NCBI GenBank assembly: GCA_951406725.2
Contig: OX597825.1
Span: forward strand, 40,176,001-40,240,000
Reading direction: 5' to 3'
DNA: 64,000 nucleotides
Source of the DNA: Octopus vulgaris
Taxonomy: Eukaryota
Positions 27,491 through 40,130 of the stretch are shown here, piece after piece (positions within the stretch are counted from its first letter, which is position 1; each line of letters starts with the position of its first letter). The notes below the pieces were generated by a model that ran no database searches, was not told the DNA's origin, and saw nothing but the letters and a program-made list of their open reading frames with translations. The translations under genes and the position numbers were made by a program.

Positions 27491-28085
27491 CGATATTTGG
27501 AGATAGAAATAAACGTAATAGTACCGGTCCCAGCAAACTAATTTGGGATCTAAAAGACCACAATAAACAATTTCATTTAAAAGTTTGATTCTCTCAATCT
27601 CGATACCTTATGACAAAGTCAAGGAATTCGGTCTTCTCTGTAATTCTGAACTATTTTTCATTATTTATTCTAAAAATCCCCTCCTAACCACAGTAATAGA
27701 GCGAACATACAGATGTAAACATTGGCAAAAACACACCTTTTGTGCATATAAGTAATCTCTATCATTATATATAATTTAAACATTAATTTCCTTCATATTT
27801 AACATTCACTATTAATATCCCTACTCTTTCTGTAAGCTACTTCTGACGTTATATCATATAATTGTTTTTAAACAATATTAATAGCGTTTAGTTAATCACT
27901 ATACGAATCCATCATTTTTTGCTAAAACGTCTTATTTACGAGTTTCGTTTTTTCACTTTCCTGAAGAGAAGATTGCATTGTTTATATCATTTATTCTTTT
28001 GAATAATATGAGTGGAATTTTCGAAATATGTGTCGAAAGTAAAAATATTTGATTTATACCTGCGTTAAACTCCATTTACTTATTC
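27491..28085 (+). mobile_element. 5'-truncated PLE (Hydra-like): endonuclease C-terminus plus pLTR
   Basis: DRNKRNSTGPSKLIWDLKD and PYDKVKEFGLLCNSELFFII...RCKHW align with RDMNKRQTTGLSKLIWRLKD and PFDRGRSQCNLCVSELFHIL..RCPHW in ORF 55882-57651. Ends at (TA)n. Confidence 0.85.
27955..28040 (+). ncRNA. Type I hammerhead ribozyme, canonical core
   Basis: ACTTTC-CTGAAGA-GAAGATT...AATTTTC-GAA-ATATGTGT-C-GAAAGT. Perfect 6-bp stem I, long stem II, GUC site ending at 28034. Confidence 0.8.
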
Positions 28086-28106
28086 ATATATATATATATA
28101 TATATA

Positions 28107-28680
28107 GGTACTGGACGTCACCAACAGTAAACAACATGAAATACTAAAACAAACAAATGAAGTAAATACGCAAACAACGAAATAGGAATGTAATACACAG
28201 AACAACCCTTCATCAGTTGTCGGCTGTCTACTTACTCCCAATTTCGAGCGATCAACGACAATATGAGATTTTGAAGACAGTTGCTCCCATAAATAAAATA
28301 TAAATTTGGATTTATGGAGAGTCAAATTTGGGAATAAAAACTCACACTTGACCATCATCCATTTTAATTTATTTGACGTGACCATCTTTCTTTTCCTCCA
28401 CGGAGATTCTAAGGACTGGTCGTCTTCTCTCTTCTCCCCTTTCAAAGAAAATAATATTTCCCCTCGATCTGATCTAACGACAGCCCATGTCTGTTTTCGT
28501 TCGGTTTCCTTGTTGTCTCCACTGTCCTGCATTTGTTCCCAGCTTTGACCCTCAGTAAATCGAAAATTTTATTTTGGTATTTATGGGAGCAACTATCTTC
28601 GGAGACTGATATTGTCGTTGATTGCGAATTTAGCTCATTTGTTTTCGTATTTCATGTTATTTATTTCTGGTAATGTCCTA
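28107..28680. mobile_element. Small non-coding element with long imperfect terminal inverted repeats, in (TA)n
   Basis: 28113-28170 and 28252-28308 are inverted relative to 28635-28678 and 28564-28620. Shares CCCTTCATCAGTTGTC with a similar element at 51434-51660. Confidence 0.6.
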
Positions 28681-28699
28681 TACGCATATAAGCATATAT

Positions 28700-28950
28700 T
28701 GTTGGCATCCTTTTTGTCTCTGGAGACAATGGAGTTGCGCATAAAATAATCTAGTCCGGCTTTTACACTTCATGTCCTAATACATCTCCTGCTGTAGCTG
28801 TGTAGTCATATCCTGGACAAACACACCCTCTTCCAGGTACCACAAATGTCGCGAAGTCTTTGCCTAGCTGATTGTAATGTCATAGTTTGTTGTTGACGTA
28901 TTTTCTTGTCTTTCCATTTCTCCTCTCTCCCTCTGTCACTCCATTGTGTT
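28700..28950 (-). mobile_element. Possible RTE LINE 3' end remnant
   Basis: Minus-strand peptide resembling GR.CLSRI*LHS, typical of RTE C-termini; heavily decayed. Confidence 0.35.
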
Positions 28951-30820
28951 CCCTTTCTTACGGTACGTCACTAATCTCCATATTATATATATTCACATAT
29001 ATATATATATATATATACACATGTTATATTTAAAATTCAAGTTTAGATAGTCTTTCAAATATAGTACCCAAACCTTGTTTTTGGTATGTCGCTAGGAATG
29101 TGCCTTCAGTGCAAGTTCACTATTTACGGCAACCAGGCGTCATCCGAGGTACTGCGGTTTCGTCGCACGACGGACGTAAGGAATTCTTCGGTGTACCTTT
29201 AGTATATTTTAGATTATTGATAGGGAAGACAGAGTATGTTGTAAGCTTTATTTACCACGATGATCGATTCCGCTTACATCAGCAATGCCCCTTAGTGAGC
29301 GGGGAATAACATAATGCCATTCAATGCACACTACAGTGCAGAGAAATCTTATCAGGATACATAATGTGCTATACACAAATCAACCACGTAGAATTACACT
29401 TTTAGGTTACAAGGTTAATTCTGACGACGAAACAAAATTGCTTAAAATTTTGGAGAATTCTTAATGCTGAATCCTATCTATATTCTAGTATATCAAGGAT
29501 GGTATTTTAATCTTGCACGGAATTTATCATATGCCAATACAGCATATGTAAGATGATAAAGACAAACGTCCTACATCTTATCTGCTTGGCGAAGGAACGT
29601 GACTGAGATTAGTGAATTACTACAAGAAAAGCGAAAAAATGTTTCTCCACTTCGGTAAGAGGATTACAAACAGGATGTCAAACAGAAAGATATTTCACAC
29701 AACCTACTACTAACCACAATCGCAAATACTAAATCGCAGGACAAAGAAACAAGAACCAGCAAGGGAATGCAAAGAATATTCAAATCTTTGCCATGAATAT
29801 TATGTAGCAATGTGGTCGAACAATTGTACTATTCATTGCCAGTCATTTTACATCATATTACGCCTGTAGCAGATCGATGAAATTTCTATATCCCGCATAT
29901 AATTTCATTGCAAAACTTTGCATGTTGCATTGTATAATCTTGAGGAAAAGTTCTCGTTGCATAAGCTCCTTCATCCCCATTGATTCAAATATGTTTTAAA
30001 TAAAGCATTCCTCTTACACATATAGAGCTTTTTCAATTTTCTACGAACGGTGATCACCTCCATGCACCTGTTAAGAAACCTATGGATACTAACGACTTAA
30101 TCTTGAACAATATCCTGTCCTTTACCCTTCATTTGATTGCAAACTGAAATATATCTTTCTTTGGAACCATTAATGGTATGGATTTATATCCATTCTTTAA
30201 ATGTCTGCAATTAAAATGTCAGATGAATTTCCACCTTTCATAAGGCTGGTCTATCAGAGAAATCGCATATATCTTAAAATTATATTTTCTACCTATCTAA
30301 AAGAGGAAAAACACTTGCACACTTTGGCTTTGGTAAGGATTCAATGGTACTAGACGTGCAAGGATCGAGCTGACAATTTACACACCTATTGAAGGCGTGG
30401 TGTAGTTACCGCCAGAGTAGGTTTCAAGTCTCTCTCTCGATAACAAAGGCCCAAAACAATGCATTTTCTGCGAGTGAGTGGATGTCATACACTATTGCCT
30501 TGAGTTGTCTTCACGCAACATGTTGGATTCTACGCGTGACTGCGCACGTGTTTGCGAGAATGCAACGGAAAATGGGGCGAAAACACGTTCAGGTTTTTAG
30601 TTTTTCGAAAAACAAAATATGGGCATATACGTAGAAAAATTCCTGAATCGATTGGAGCAAGTTTGAATTCTCTGGCTTGAAAAATGCAAATTCTAGCAGT
30701 TTTGAGTGTGCCTTTTTAAGAAGTTCTCAGTTCAAAATGGTGTCAAAAAATAGCTCAAAACGAGAGAATTCTTTTGCAGACCGAATCGCCTCAAAAATCG
30801 AACGGGAAGTGCATTTAATA

Positions 30821-31211
30821 TCTATATATATAAAGCTGAAGTTATCTATGTGAGGCAGGTTTAGTATCTTTCAACTAACACTATCTCGTCCGAGACCCTC
30901 GGCGCAAGTTGACCAAAATTGATAGTATGATAGAAGAAAGCTTGCTCTTCATTTCATAGAAGATACAATTCAAATCGGACCATGTTAACACCAAAAATTA
31001 CTTACATCAAAATGTCCATTTTTTCTATGAAAATCCCTATTTTTACGATTTTTTGACTGCTGTGTCGCCAGCCATTTATCGGTGTATTTCAACCAGAAAA
31101 ATGATCACTTAAAAAGAAGAACAACCTACATAATGCAAACATTTTACTTTTCAAAAATTCCAATTCTAAAGGGTCGAAACAAACACGAGCAACGCCGGGT
31201 TATACTGCTAG
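30821..31211 (+). mobile_element. Non-autonomous Helitron, complete
   Basis: A|TCTATATATATAAA 5' end, subterminal hairpin remnant CACGAGCAACGCCGGG, CTAG|T 3' end; inserted between A and T with no target-site duplication. Confidence 0.88.
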
Positions 31212-32839
31212 TCTATTTACTATTCTAAGTCATTACAAGTTTCATTTATTTTTTCTAGTTACCGAATACTGATTCTGTTCTACTTGAACCAGTGAGTCAC
31301 ATTTCATATTTTAAATCTGTTTATATTCTCCTTGTCCCTGGTCGAATTATTTATTATTTTCAGGTATTGGCTTGCAATATGATTTCCTCCGTTTTTATAG
31401 TTTCTATATGAAGTATAGTCTCTCTGTCGTGACATGATTTCTTAAAAGTTAAGTATTAAAGTGTTTCCTCTTTTTCCTTAGAGCGCTTGCACTTGTTAGC
31501 TACCTTGAAATAATTAATAGCCTACAGATACCAGTGGTTACAGTAGATAATTCTGTATTCGTGCAATCGGTATTTGAGAATATAATGGCGTGAACATTCT
31601 GTATCCAGGGTAATCTAAATATTTCAGCATGCATTCTACGTCGTATGTTTGTAAAATGCCTCATTATTCTAAAAATATTTCTGTCTAGTGTCGTTAAATC
31701 CTTTTTCGTCCAGTCATTATTACAAATATGAATGACACATTCAGATTACAGCTATTATTAAATTATATTTCTATTTATATAATTAATTTTCTTTAAAATA
31801 TCATTGTTACTTGTTCATGAATACATTTTGTACGTTGTTTAAATCATTGGTTCATAATTATTTAGCATTGTAACTCTCATATATCTTTTAACTTATTATC
31901 AGTCTTCACCAATTTTCTTCGCGGTGGAGATAACACGTTACTTGATTTCGTCGGAAACCCAATACATATTTTCCTAGTAAATGTATAAAGTGGGCAGTTC
32001 TATTTGCTACACCTTACAATACAAAGTTTTTCGCAACAGAAAATTTGTAGCAAAATTCTCGACCATTTCTCGTTCAAGTGACTAGCGACAACCTGATCTA
32101 AAGTGGTGAGAAAGATTTTGCAGCAAACATTCTGCTTATTATAGATATGGAGTTCTTCGCCACACATTAACACAGTTATATTACATTTTCATTCTAGGGT
32201 AAATGTCATACATTTCTTCCGGAGTTCACATTGTAGGGCAGTTAACTTTATCTTGCCTTGAAAGAAACTTTTTATCTCTTATCTTTGGAATTAGAACAAT
32301 TTAAACATGATATGTTTCCTAAAACGCCTAATTAGGTTTTCCTCCTCAATACTTAGATCATGGCATTGTTTATCACGCAGCCGTTCACTACATGTTTTAG
32401 ATTCTATATCAATCTTCGCTCTTCTACAACCAGTATATTTTATGCATAATGTGGAATAACTATGGTTGGAGAAAAATTAATTAGCAAGATATATCGAAGC
32501 AAAATTTACTAATGTAACATAAACAGTAAAGGGAGCGTGTCTTTGCACCATATTTCGGTTAAAGTGGGGGCTTTCTAGTCCCTAAGCTATACATGAAAAG
32601 AAGAAACCAATAGTATTGACATGAACAATGATAATATTGATATTAATATTCATAATGCTAGAAATTTTTCTACCATAGGTACAGGAAGTGAAATTTTCGA
32701 AGTGTTTAGTCGATTACATTGACCTCAGTGTTCAACGAATAATTACTTCGACTCCGAAAGGCTGATAAGAAAATTGATCTCATAATGTAGTCTGGTCGAA
32801 ATGGCACTTCGCATTTTATCTACTGTGCTAACGATTTTG

Positions 32840-33340
<501 letters not shown>

Positions 33341-33349
33341 ATACTTCTA

Positions 33350-33785
33350 ACTTGGTATCAAGAATGGGCTTCACCAAATATTCTGCTCAATATCACAGAT
33401 TTTCTTGTCAGTCGATTGACCTTAACCAATTGAGCATGCTCCTTATTGGCTGACAATTTGTGCAATTCTGATCGCTAGCGGAAGTAGTGGGGGAGCTTCA
33501 TAGCCATGTGTTGAGAGGAATTCTTTGCGTTTTGAACAATACACCTCTGGAAACATGGGTATTTTGATCATCATTATTCAGGGACCTTTTGAACAGGATG
33601 AGGTACTAAACCTGAATAAAATTATAACTGGGCCCAACCTACATGGTCATGCGCTGTTTATCATCATATAAGATCACTATATCGCGCACTAATAGTTGTA
33701 CTCTTATCTGACGGCTATATTGGCTATAATGGCTATATTGGCCTTCATATATTTTTACTGGCATGTACTGCTCTCCCACTCAATG
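33350..33785. repeat. Unclassified interspersed repeat, second copy at 48460-48825
   Basis: Shared blocks TCTGATCGCT..GAAGTAGTGGG..CATAGCCATGTGTT..CACCTCTGGAAACATGGGT; both copies run into (ATA)n. Confidence 0.75.
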
Positions 33786-33854
<69 letters not shown>

Positions 33855-34877
33855 TTAATAATAATATTGATAAAAAAAAAATAATAATAATAAGTTACAT
33901 GAGCCACGCTTACTACAACTGCCCCTGCGGTTACTACTATTATTACTACTACTACTACTACTGCTGCTGCTATTGCTGCTTGTTCTCCAACTACTGTTGC
34001 TGCTGCTGCTAATAATGATAAATCCGGACCATGTATGAAGATCAGTTGTTAAAATAAATAAATAAAGTTATAAATACTAATAAGATACTAAATAAATAAA
34101 TAAATAAATAATATCTAAAAAATGAATATTTAATAATAATTTAACTTTACTTAGAAAGAAACTAAAATTTCAAAGAGTACACCGAATCGCTAGTCCAATG
34201 GTTATTCATGAAGCGCGCCTGTCAGGAGGCTGTCAGCCTGCCGGCGACAAAATTATTTTAGATATCTTACCCACTTATTTGTTTTATTAATTTTATTTTG
34301 CTCGTTCACTTGCCAATGCTGACCATTGTTTTATTTATTTGTTTTTTGTTTTATTTATTAACTATCAACGAAGCAGAACCACTTCATGGTTTTCAAAAGA
34401 GAGCTGCCCAATTAGGTTGTAGGAACAACTATGACCCCACCCCTCTACACATAGGGATTCCGAGATTTGCAACGAACATACTATCGCATTTTGGCCCCAC
34501 CTGGTTCCTTCCTCTCATTGAGGCACTCATATACCAATTTTCCCAAGGTGGGTTCATCAACATAAGCTACTTATGCCATACTATTCGCAACGTTACACCT
34601 ACTAACTGGCACTTTGCATATAAACTTTCACCTCCACAACCTGGACCATATTCTCAAACCCACCACTGAAGCTCTATGTAAACATGTGAACTACTGCCTA
34701 AAATTATTCTTAATGTAAAAGCTTCCTGGAGAACGACTATATTCGCTTATCCACCACTGGACGAAATAACATGGATCCTATAATACATCACGGGATGTCT
34801 TTATCTTATTTTCCCTTGCTATACCTAAACCATTATAGTAAGATGCACTTCACTTACATCCTCATGCTTGTAGAGTT

Positions 34878-35603
34878 ATGGGTACATGTGTCTGTGGAGT
34901 GCTCAGCCATAATTCTCTACTTATAGAAAATGGCATACAGCGGGCTATAAAAATACCTATACAACAACTTAGGACAACCCAAGGAAGAGGAAAACAAGAA
35001 CAAGTCATACCATTCATAGTGACACACAACCCATGTCACCAGAATATCTTCAACATTGCCAAAGCAAACCTACCAATCATTGCCCAAAGTAATGAATTAA
35101 AAGACATAATCAAGGATCGAGCTATGGTGCTTAGTAAAAGACAGCCTAAAAACTTGAAAACATTACTAACAAAGGCAAAATTTGACCTCAGCAACAAAGA
35201 CCAAACATTCACGGTATCTAAATGCAATGATAGCCGATGTGGCACATGCCAATTCATACATACCGGTCAATATATAAACACAAAAACCGGGAAAATATTC
35301 ACAAACGCGAATATGAACTGCAAAAGCAGAAATTTAATTTACTGCATCAAATGCCCAAATTGTGAAGAAATATATGTAGGTCAGACGGGAAACGCACTAT
35401 TAGAACGCTCACGTGTACACCGGCAACAGATTAGAGACCCAGAGGTCCGTCAGATACCTTTGAGTAACCACCTAGCAACATGTGGTCGGAAAATATATAT
35501 AATATTTCCATTCTACAAATTACACAGCCCAAGTGAAATCGAGAGGAAAATCAGAGAAAAGAATTTTATTGATAAATTCGAACCCAAGCTAAATAAGCAA
35601 TAA
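34878..35603 (+). CDS. PLE (Neptune-like) C-terminal fragment: thumb end, Cys linker and intact GIY-YIG endonuclease, open for 241 codons
   Basis: IPFIVTHNP, KRQPKNLK, KCNDSRCGTC, NLIYCIKCPNCEEIYVGQTG, H..Q, FPFY, REKNFIDKFEPKLN. The first ~11 codons come from a SINE fragment. Confidence 0.88.
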   Translation: MGTCVCGVLSHNSLLIENGIQRAIKIPIQQLRTTQGRGKQEQVIPFIVTHNPCHQNIFNIAKANLPIIAQSNELKDIIKDRAMVLSKRQPKNLKTLLTKAKFDLSNKDQTFTVSKCNDSRCGTCQFIHTGQYINTKTGKIFTNANMNCKSRNLIYCIKCPNCEEIYVGQTGNALLERSRVHRQQIRDPEVRQIPLSNHLATCGRKIYIIFPFYKLHSPSEIERKIREKNFIDKFEPKLNKQ

Positions 35604-36343
35604 TAATAATACTTAGAGGTATTACTTCCACTGCTACGACCATGACCACTAACAACAACAACAATACTAAAGGTGATCAAGACGAAGATAGCAGGAAAAT
35701 TATCTTATTTAGGGTTAAAAGTTCTATTGCCACCACCATCACCACTAGCAACAATAATTAAGGTGCTGACAATGATGATGATGACAATTGAAATATAAAA
35801 ATATAAAAATCTCTGACAAAGGATATTTACATTTCTAAAAATAACCCAACAATTGCTGCTTCGGCCAGGGTCAAGATAGACTTACGTCTAATGATCGTCT
35901 AATGATCGTCAGCAGAACTGATTCTGAACACATCATAAATAAACTACCAACCTTACGTAGCGAAGACGAACAGACAACTGCTCACTCCGGCCAAGCACAT
36001 GGAATGTTTATAAATCATATATCCGGTAAATGGCGGGCTTTTTACGAACTGCATGTCGGGTAATGAAAAGTATTTCGGAATAAGTTTAACAATTAAGGAT
36101 AATCTCTTAATAAGGGATCTTAACAAGAAATTATCGGGTAGCTAGCGTGAAAACCTCATAAAAGAAAAGAATCCGAAAATAATTTTTTTTCTTTTGAACA
36201 AATTAATTATATCTATATTGTATAGAGGGCATTATTACACATAAATGCCTCACACTAGGAGGGACAAAGTCATTACTACCAAAATTATACTAATCATACC
36301 CAAATGCAGTTTTTCAAAGCAAGACATTTAAAAAATGAATTTA

Positions 36344-36399
36344 GTTCTGTATCACCGTGATTTCACATTCAACTTACGTCTAATGATCGTCAGCAGAAC
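36344..36399 (-). ncRNA. Type I hammerhead ribozyme, array copy 1
   Basis: GTTCTG-CTGACGA-T-CATTAGAC(GTAA)GTTGAATG-T-GAA-ATCA(CGG)TGAT-A-CAGAAC. Perfect 6-bp stem I, canonical core, AUA triplet, U-U at the base of stem II. Confidence 0.8.
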
Positions 36400-36822
36400 T
36401 GATTCTGAACACATCATAAATAAACTACCAACCTTACGTAGCGAAGACGAACAGACAACTGCTCACTCCGGCCAAGCACATGGAATGTTTATAAATCATA
36501 TATCCGGTAAATGGCGGGCTTTTTACGAACTGCATGTCGGGTAATGAAAAGTATTTCGGAATAAGTTTAACAATTAAGGATAATCTCTTAATAAGGGATC
36601 TTAACAAGAAATTATCGGGTAGCTAGCGTGAAAACCTCATAAAAGAAAAGAATCCGAAAATAATTTTTTCTTTTGAACAAATTAATTATATCTATATTGT
36701 ATAGAGGGCATTATTACACATAAATGCCTCACACTAGGAGGGACAAAGTCATTACTACCAAAATTATACTAATCATACCCAAATGCAGTTTTTCAAAGCA
36801 AGACATTTAAAAAATGAATTTA

Positions 36823-36878
36823 GTTCTGTATCACCGTGATTTCACATTCAACTTACGTCTAATGATCGTCAGCAGAAC
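36823..36878 (-). ncRNA. Type I hammerhead ribozyme, array copy 2
   Basis: Identical to 36344-36399. Confidence 0.8.
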
Positions 36879-37302
36879 TGATTCTGAACACATCATAAAT
36901 AAACTACCAACCTTACGTAGCGAAGACGAACAGACAACTGCTCACTCCGGCCAAGCACATGGAATGTTTATAAATCATATATCCGGTAAATGGCGGGCTT
37001 TTTACGAACTGCATGTCGGGTAATGAAAAGTATTTCGGAATAAGTTTAACAATTAAGGATAATCTCTTAATAAGGGATCTTAACAAGAAATTATCGGGTA
37101 GCTAGCGTGAAAACCTCATAAAAGAAAAGAATCCGAAAATAATTTTTTTCTTTTGAACAAATTAATTATATCTATATTGTATAGAGGGCATTATTACACA
37201 TAAATGCCTCACACTAGGAGGGACAAAGTCATTACTACCAAAATTATACTAATCATACCCAAATGCAGTTTTTCAAAGCAAGACATTTAAAAAATGAATT
37301 TA

Positions 37303-37358
37303 GTTCTGTATCACCGTGATTTCACATTCAACTTACGTCTAATGATCGTCAGCAGAAC
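37303..37358 (-). ncRNA. Type I hammerhead ribozyme, array copy 3
   Basis: Identical to 36344-36399. Confidence 0.8.
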
Positions 37359-37809
37359 TGATTCTGAACACATCATAATTAAACTACCAACCTTACGTAG
37401 CGAAGACGAACAGACAACTGCTCACTCCGGCCAAGCACATGGAATGTTTATAAATCATATATCCGGTAAATGGCGGGCTTTTTACGAACTGCATGTCGGG
37501 TAATGAAAAGTATTTCGGAATAAGTTTAACAATTAAGGATAATCTCTTAATAAGGGATCTTAACAAGAAATTATTCGGGTAGCTAGCGTGAAAACCTCAT
37601 AAAATAATTTTTTTCTTTTGAACAAATTAATTATATCTATAGGAGGGACAAAGTCATTACTACCAAAATTATACTAATCATACCCAAATGCAGTTTTTCA
37701 AAGCAAGACATTTATATATATAGCAGAACTGATTCTGAACACATCATATATACCATATAGCGATACGAACAGACAACTATATAAGCACATGGATATATCA
37801 TATAGACTG

Positions 37810-37848
<39 letters not shown>

Positions 37849-37959
37849 CTGTCATTTGTTTCTTCCTTTTGCCGATGAGAGTTTAAAAATATAGTTGTCA
37901 GTGGAGTCATATTTGTAGTGAAAAGAGTTAGCTGTCTTTTGGGTTGCTATTTATAAACC

Positions 37960-37998
<39 letters not shown>

Positions 37999-38436
37999 CA
38001 TAATATAATATGAATATTTACAAAAACGTAATAGAGACTACGCGTGGAAATTTAAGGGCGAAGTGAGAAGAATAAAAAACGAAAATGCACATTTGAAACC
38101 AGAACAATAAAGGCTCTTTATGAAAAGAAACGATATATTTATACAATTAGATGAACTGAGATAGGAATAAAAGTAACAACAGTCATTATTGTGAATTGCT
38201 AAATAAATCCAAATGTATACCGGTTTTGTTCACTGGCTTTGAATGCGCACCAATTACCGAACGGTGTCGGGTCTACTAGTCCCTGAGTAAAAAGATTATG
38301 TATAAGGGACTTAAGTAATTCTGAATTGGGTGCAATTAGGATAGATATAAGACTGTAATGTGAATGGTGTGTGGGATGTGTGAGGCTTAGTGGTATTAAC
38401 TGAAAGGTTAGTAGTGTTCTGCATTATGTTATCTGT

Positions 38437-39655
38437 TCATATGGAGTTGTGGGACCTACCTATTGATGAAAATTGCCTCTCTATTCCTTCTTTGCTGTAT
38501 TGAGGTGTTCTGTGAACAGTGATAGAAGGGGAGAATTCGGAAGTTAGGATAATTTTTCTAGCAGACATTTCTATGTGTTCACTGAGCTGTATCTGTCTGT
38601 ATTGTGGGTGGGGGATTTGTTCTTTGTGGAGAGGGGTTCTTCGACGGAGTGATATTTCTCTTTTGCCAATATACTGATTACCGCACCCTAAGCATATAAT
38701 GGCATAGATTAGATTTTCCGAGGCAGAGGTGAAATTTGATTTAATCTTAACTATTTCACCTTGTTTAAAGTCGAGTTGAGTCCCTTCCAAAAGTTCAGCG
38801 CATGTGCTACAGTTCTGTCGACCGCATTTTTTTCACTTTTCGTTCCGATGTTAATGGATATAGTCTTGCACTGGTTAATATTTTTCAATGATTTAGGTTG
38901 CATTTTTGCGTTTGATAATTTTGTGTGAGCTTAAATTTTTGTCATTGTTTTATATCCTGTGACGATGGGTAGATTGTGGATGATAATATTGTGTGGAGAT
39001 ATATGGTAATATTTTAAAGTTTGGCGTAGTATTTCGGTTGACGTCCCTTAATGTTCATATTTCCATTGCTCGTTTAATGTCATCATTTATTAATTATATT
39101 GGGTAATGTTCAAGGTTTCTTCGTCCGGGAGTATAGGTGTCCAAAACTACGGTACTGGTTCTTTTCGCTATATTATAAGGTATATTAATTTTTATGTGTT
39201 TGGGGTGGCATGAGTTGAATAATATGTATTGTTTTGAATCTGTGGGTTTAGAGAAGATGTCTGTTTCGATGTGGTTATTGACTATTTTAATTAAAATGTT
39301 AAGAAAAGGGAGCTGATTATTGCTGTGCTCCATAGTGAATTGTATGTTGCTATTGATATTCTTGAGCATTATTTAGAAATTGAGGAGTTTGTCCATGCTA
39401 TCATTCCAAAGTAGATAGTAATTCTCCAAATACCTCTTCCAGTTCTCCTTTAAATAGCAATGGAATTAGGTGCCATATTTTTGTAGTAATTATTGGTGTA
39501 TTTTGAGTTGTAGATAACCCATTACAAAATTCGCAATCACTAGGGCAGCTAGGGTTCCCATTGCAATCCCACATTTTTGTCCATAGTGAGCTATATCGAA
39601 CATGAAATAATTCTTCAGTACGATGAATTTGATTGCTGCGATTATGAATCTGTGG
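38437..39655 (-). mobile_element. 5'-truncated decayed PLE (Neptune-like), RT motif B to GIY-YIG; related to 20612-24609
   Basis: GIAMGT..ANFVMGYL, NIQFTMEHSNNQLPFL, KPTDSKQY..SCHPKH..NIPYN, NLIYAIICLGCGNQYIG. Confidence 0.92.
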
Positions 39656-39695
39656 TGTATATATATATATATATATATATAGATATATATATATA

Positions 39696-40056
39696 GTAGG
39701 AGCACTCCGTCGGTTACGACGATGAGGGTCGCAGCTGATACGTGGAATTAACGTGCAAGTGGCTGAGCACTCCACAGACACATGTACCCATAACGTAGTT
39801 CTCGAGGAGATTCAGCGTGACACAGAGTGTGACAAGGCTGGCCCTTTGAAATACAGGTACAACAGAAACAGGAAGAAAGAGTGAGAGAAAGCTGTGGTGA
39901 AAGAGTACAGTAGGGTTCACCACCACGCCCTGCAGGAGCTTCGTGAAGCTTTAGGTGTTTTCGCTCAATAAACACTCACAATGCCCGGTCTGGGAATCGA
40001 AACCGCGATCCTACGACCGCGAGTCCGCTGCCCTAACCACTGGGCCATTGCGCCTC
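39696..40056 (-). mobile_element. tRNA-derived SINE family B, full length
   Basis: Minus-strand head GGCGCAATGGCCCAGTGGTTAGGGCAGCGGACTCGCGG...GGTTTCGATTCCC with A and B boxes; near-identical copy at 51761-52134. Confidence 0.9.
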
Positions 40057-40098
<42 letters not shown>

Positions 40099-40130
40099 GA
40101 GAAAGAGAGAGAGAGATAAATAGATAGATG

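Larger units (their letters stand above)
35881..37715 (-). repeat. Tandem array of a ~480-bp unit (~3.8 copies, >99% identical) with one hammerhead per unit; retrozyme-like
   Basis: Periods of 479 and 480 bp (36335, 36814, 37294). No credible ORF. The last unit has deletions and merges into (TA)n. Confidence 0.93.

Noticed and set aside
34298-34860. 123-aa plus-strand ORF
   Set aside because: No domain signal; the minus strand shows faint L1/Tx1 C-terminal-like words (IVWHK), too weak to call.
36335-37503. Three near-identical 69-aa ORFs in the tandem array
   Set aside because: No recognisable motif; they overlap the hammerhead antisense and repeat only because the unit repeats.
35881-37715. 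CRISPR-like or rDNA-like array
   Set aside because: Units are identical with no spacers and show no rRNA or snRNA similarity that I can recognise; eukaryotic context.
39985-40056. tRNA gene (also 52063-52134)
   Set aside because: The tRNA-like head continues into a shared ~300-bp body in both copies, so it is a SINE.
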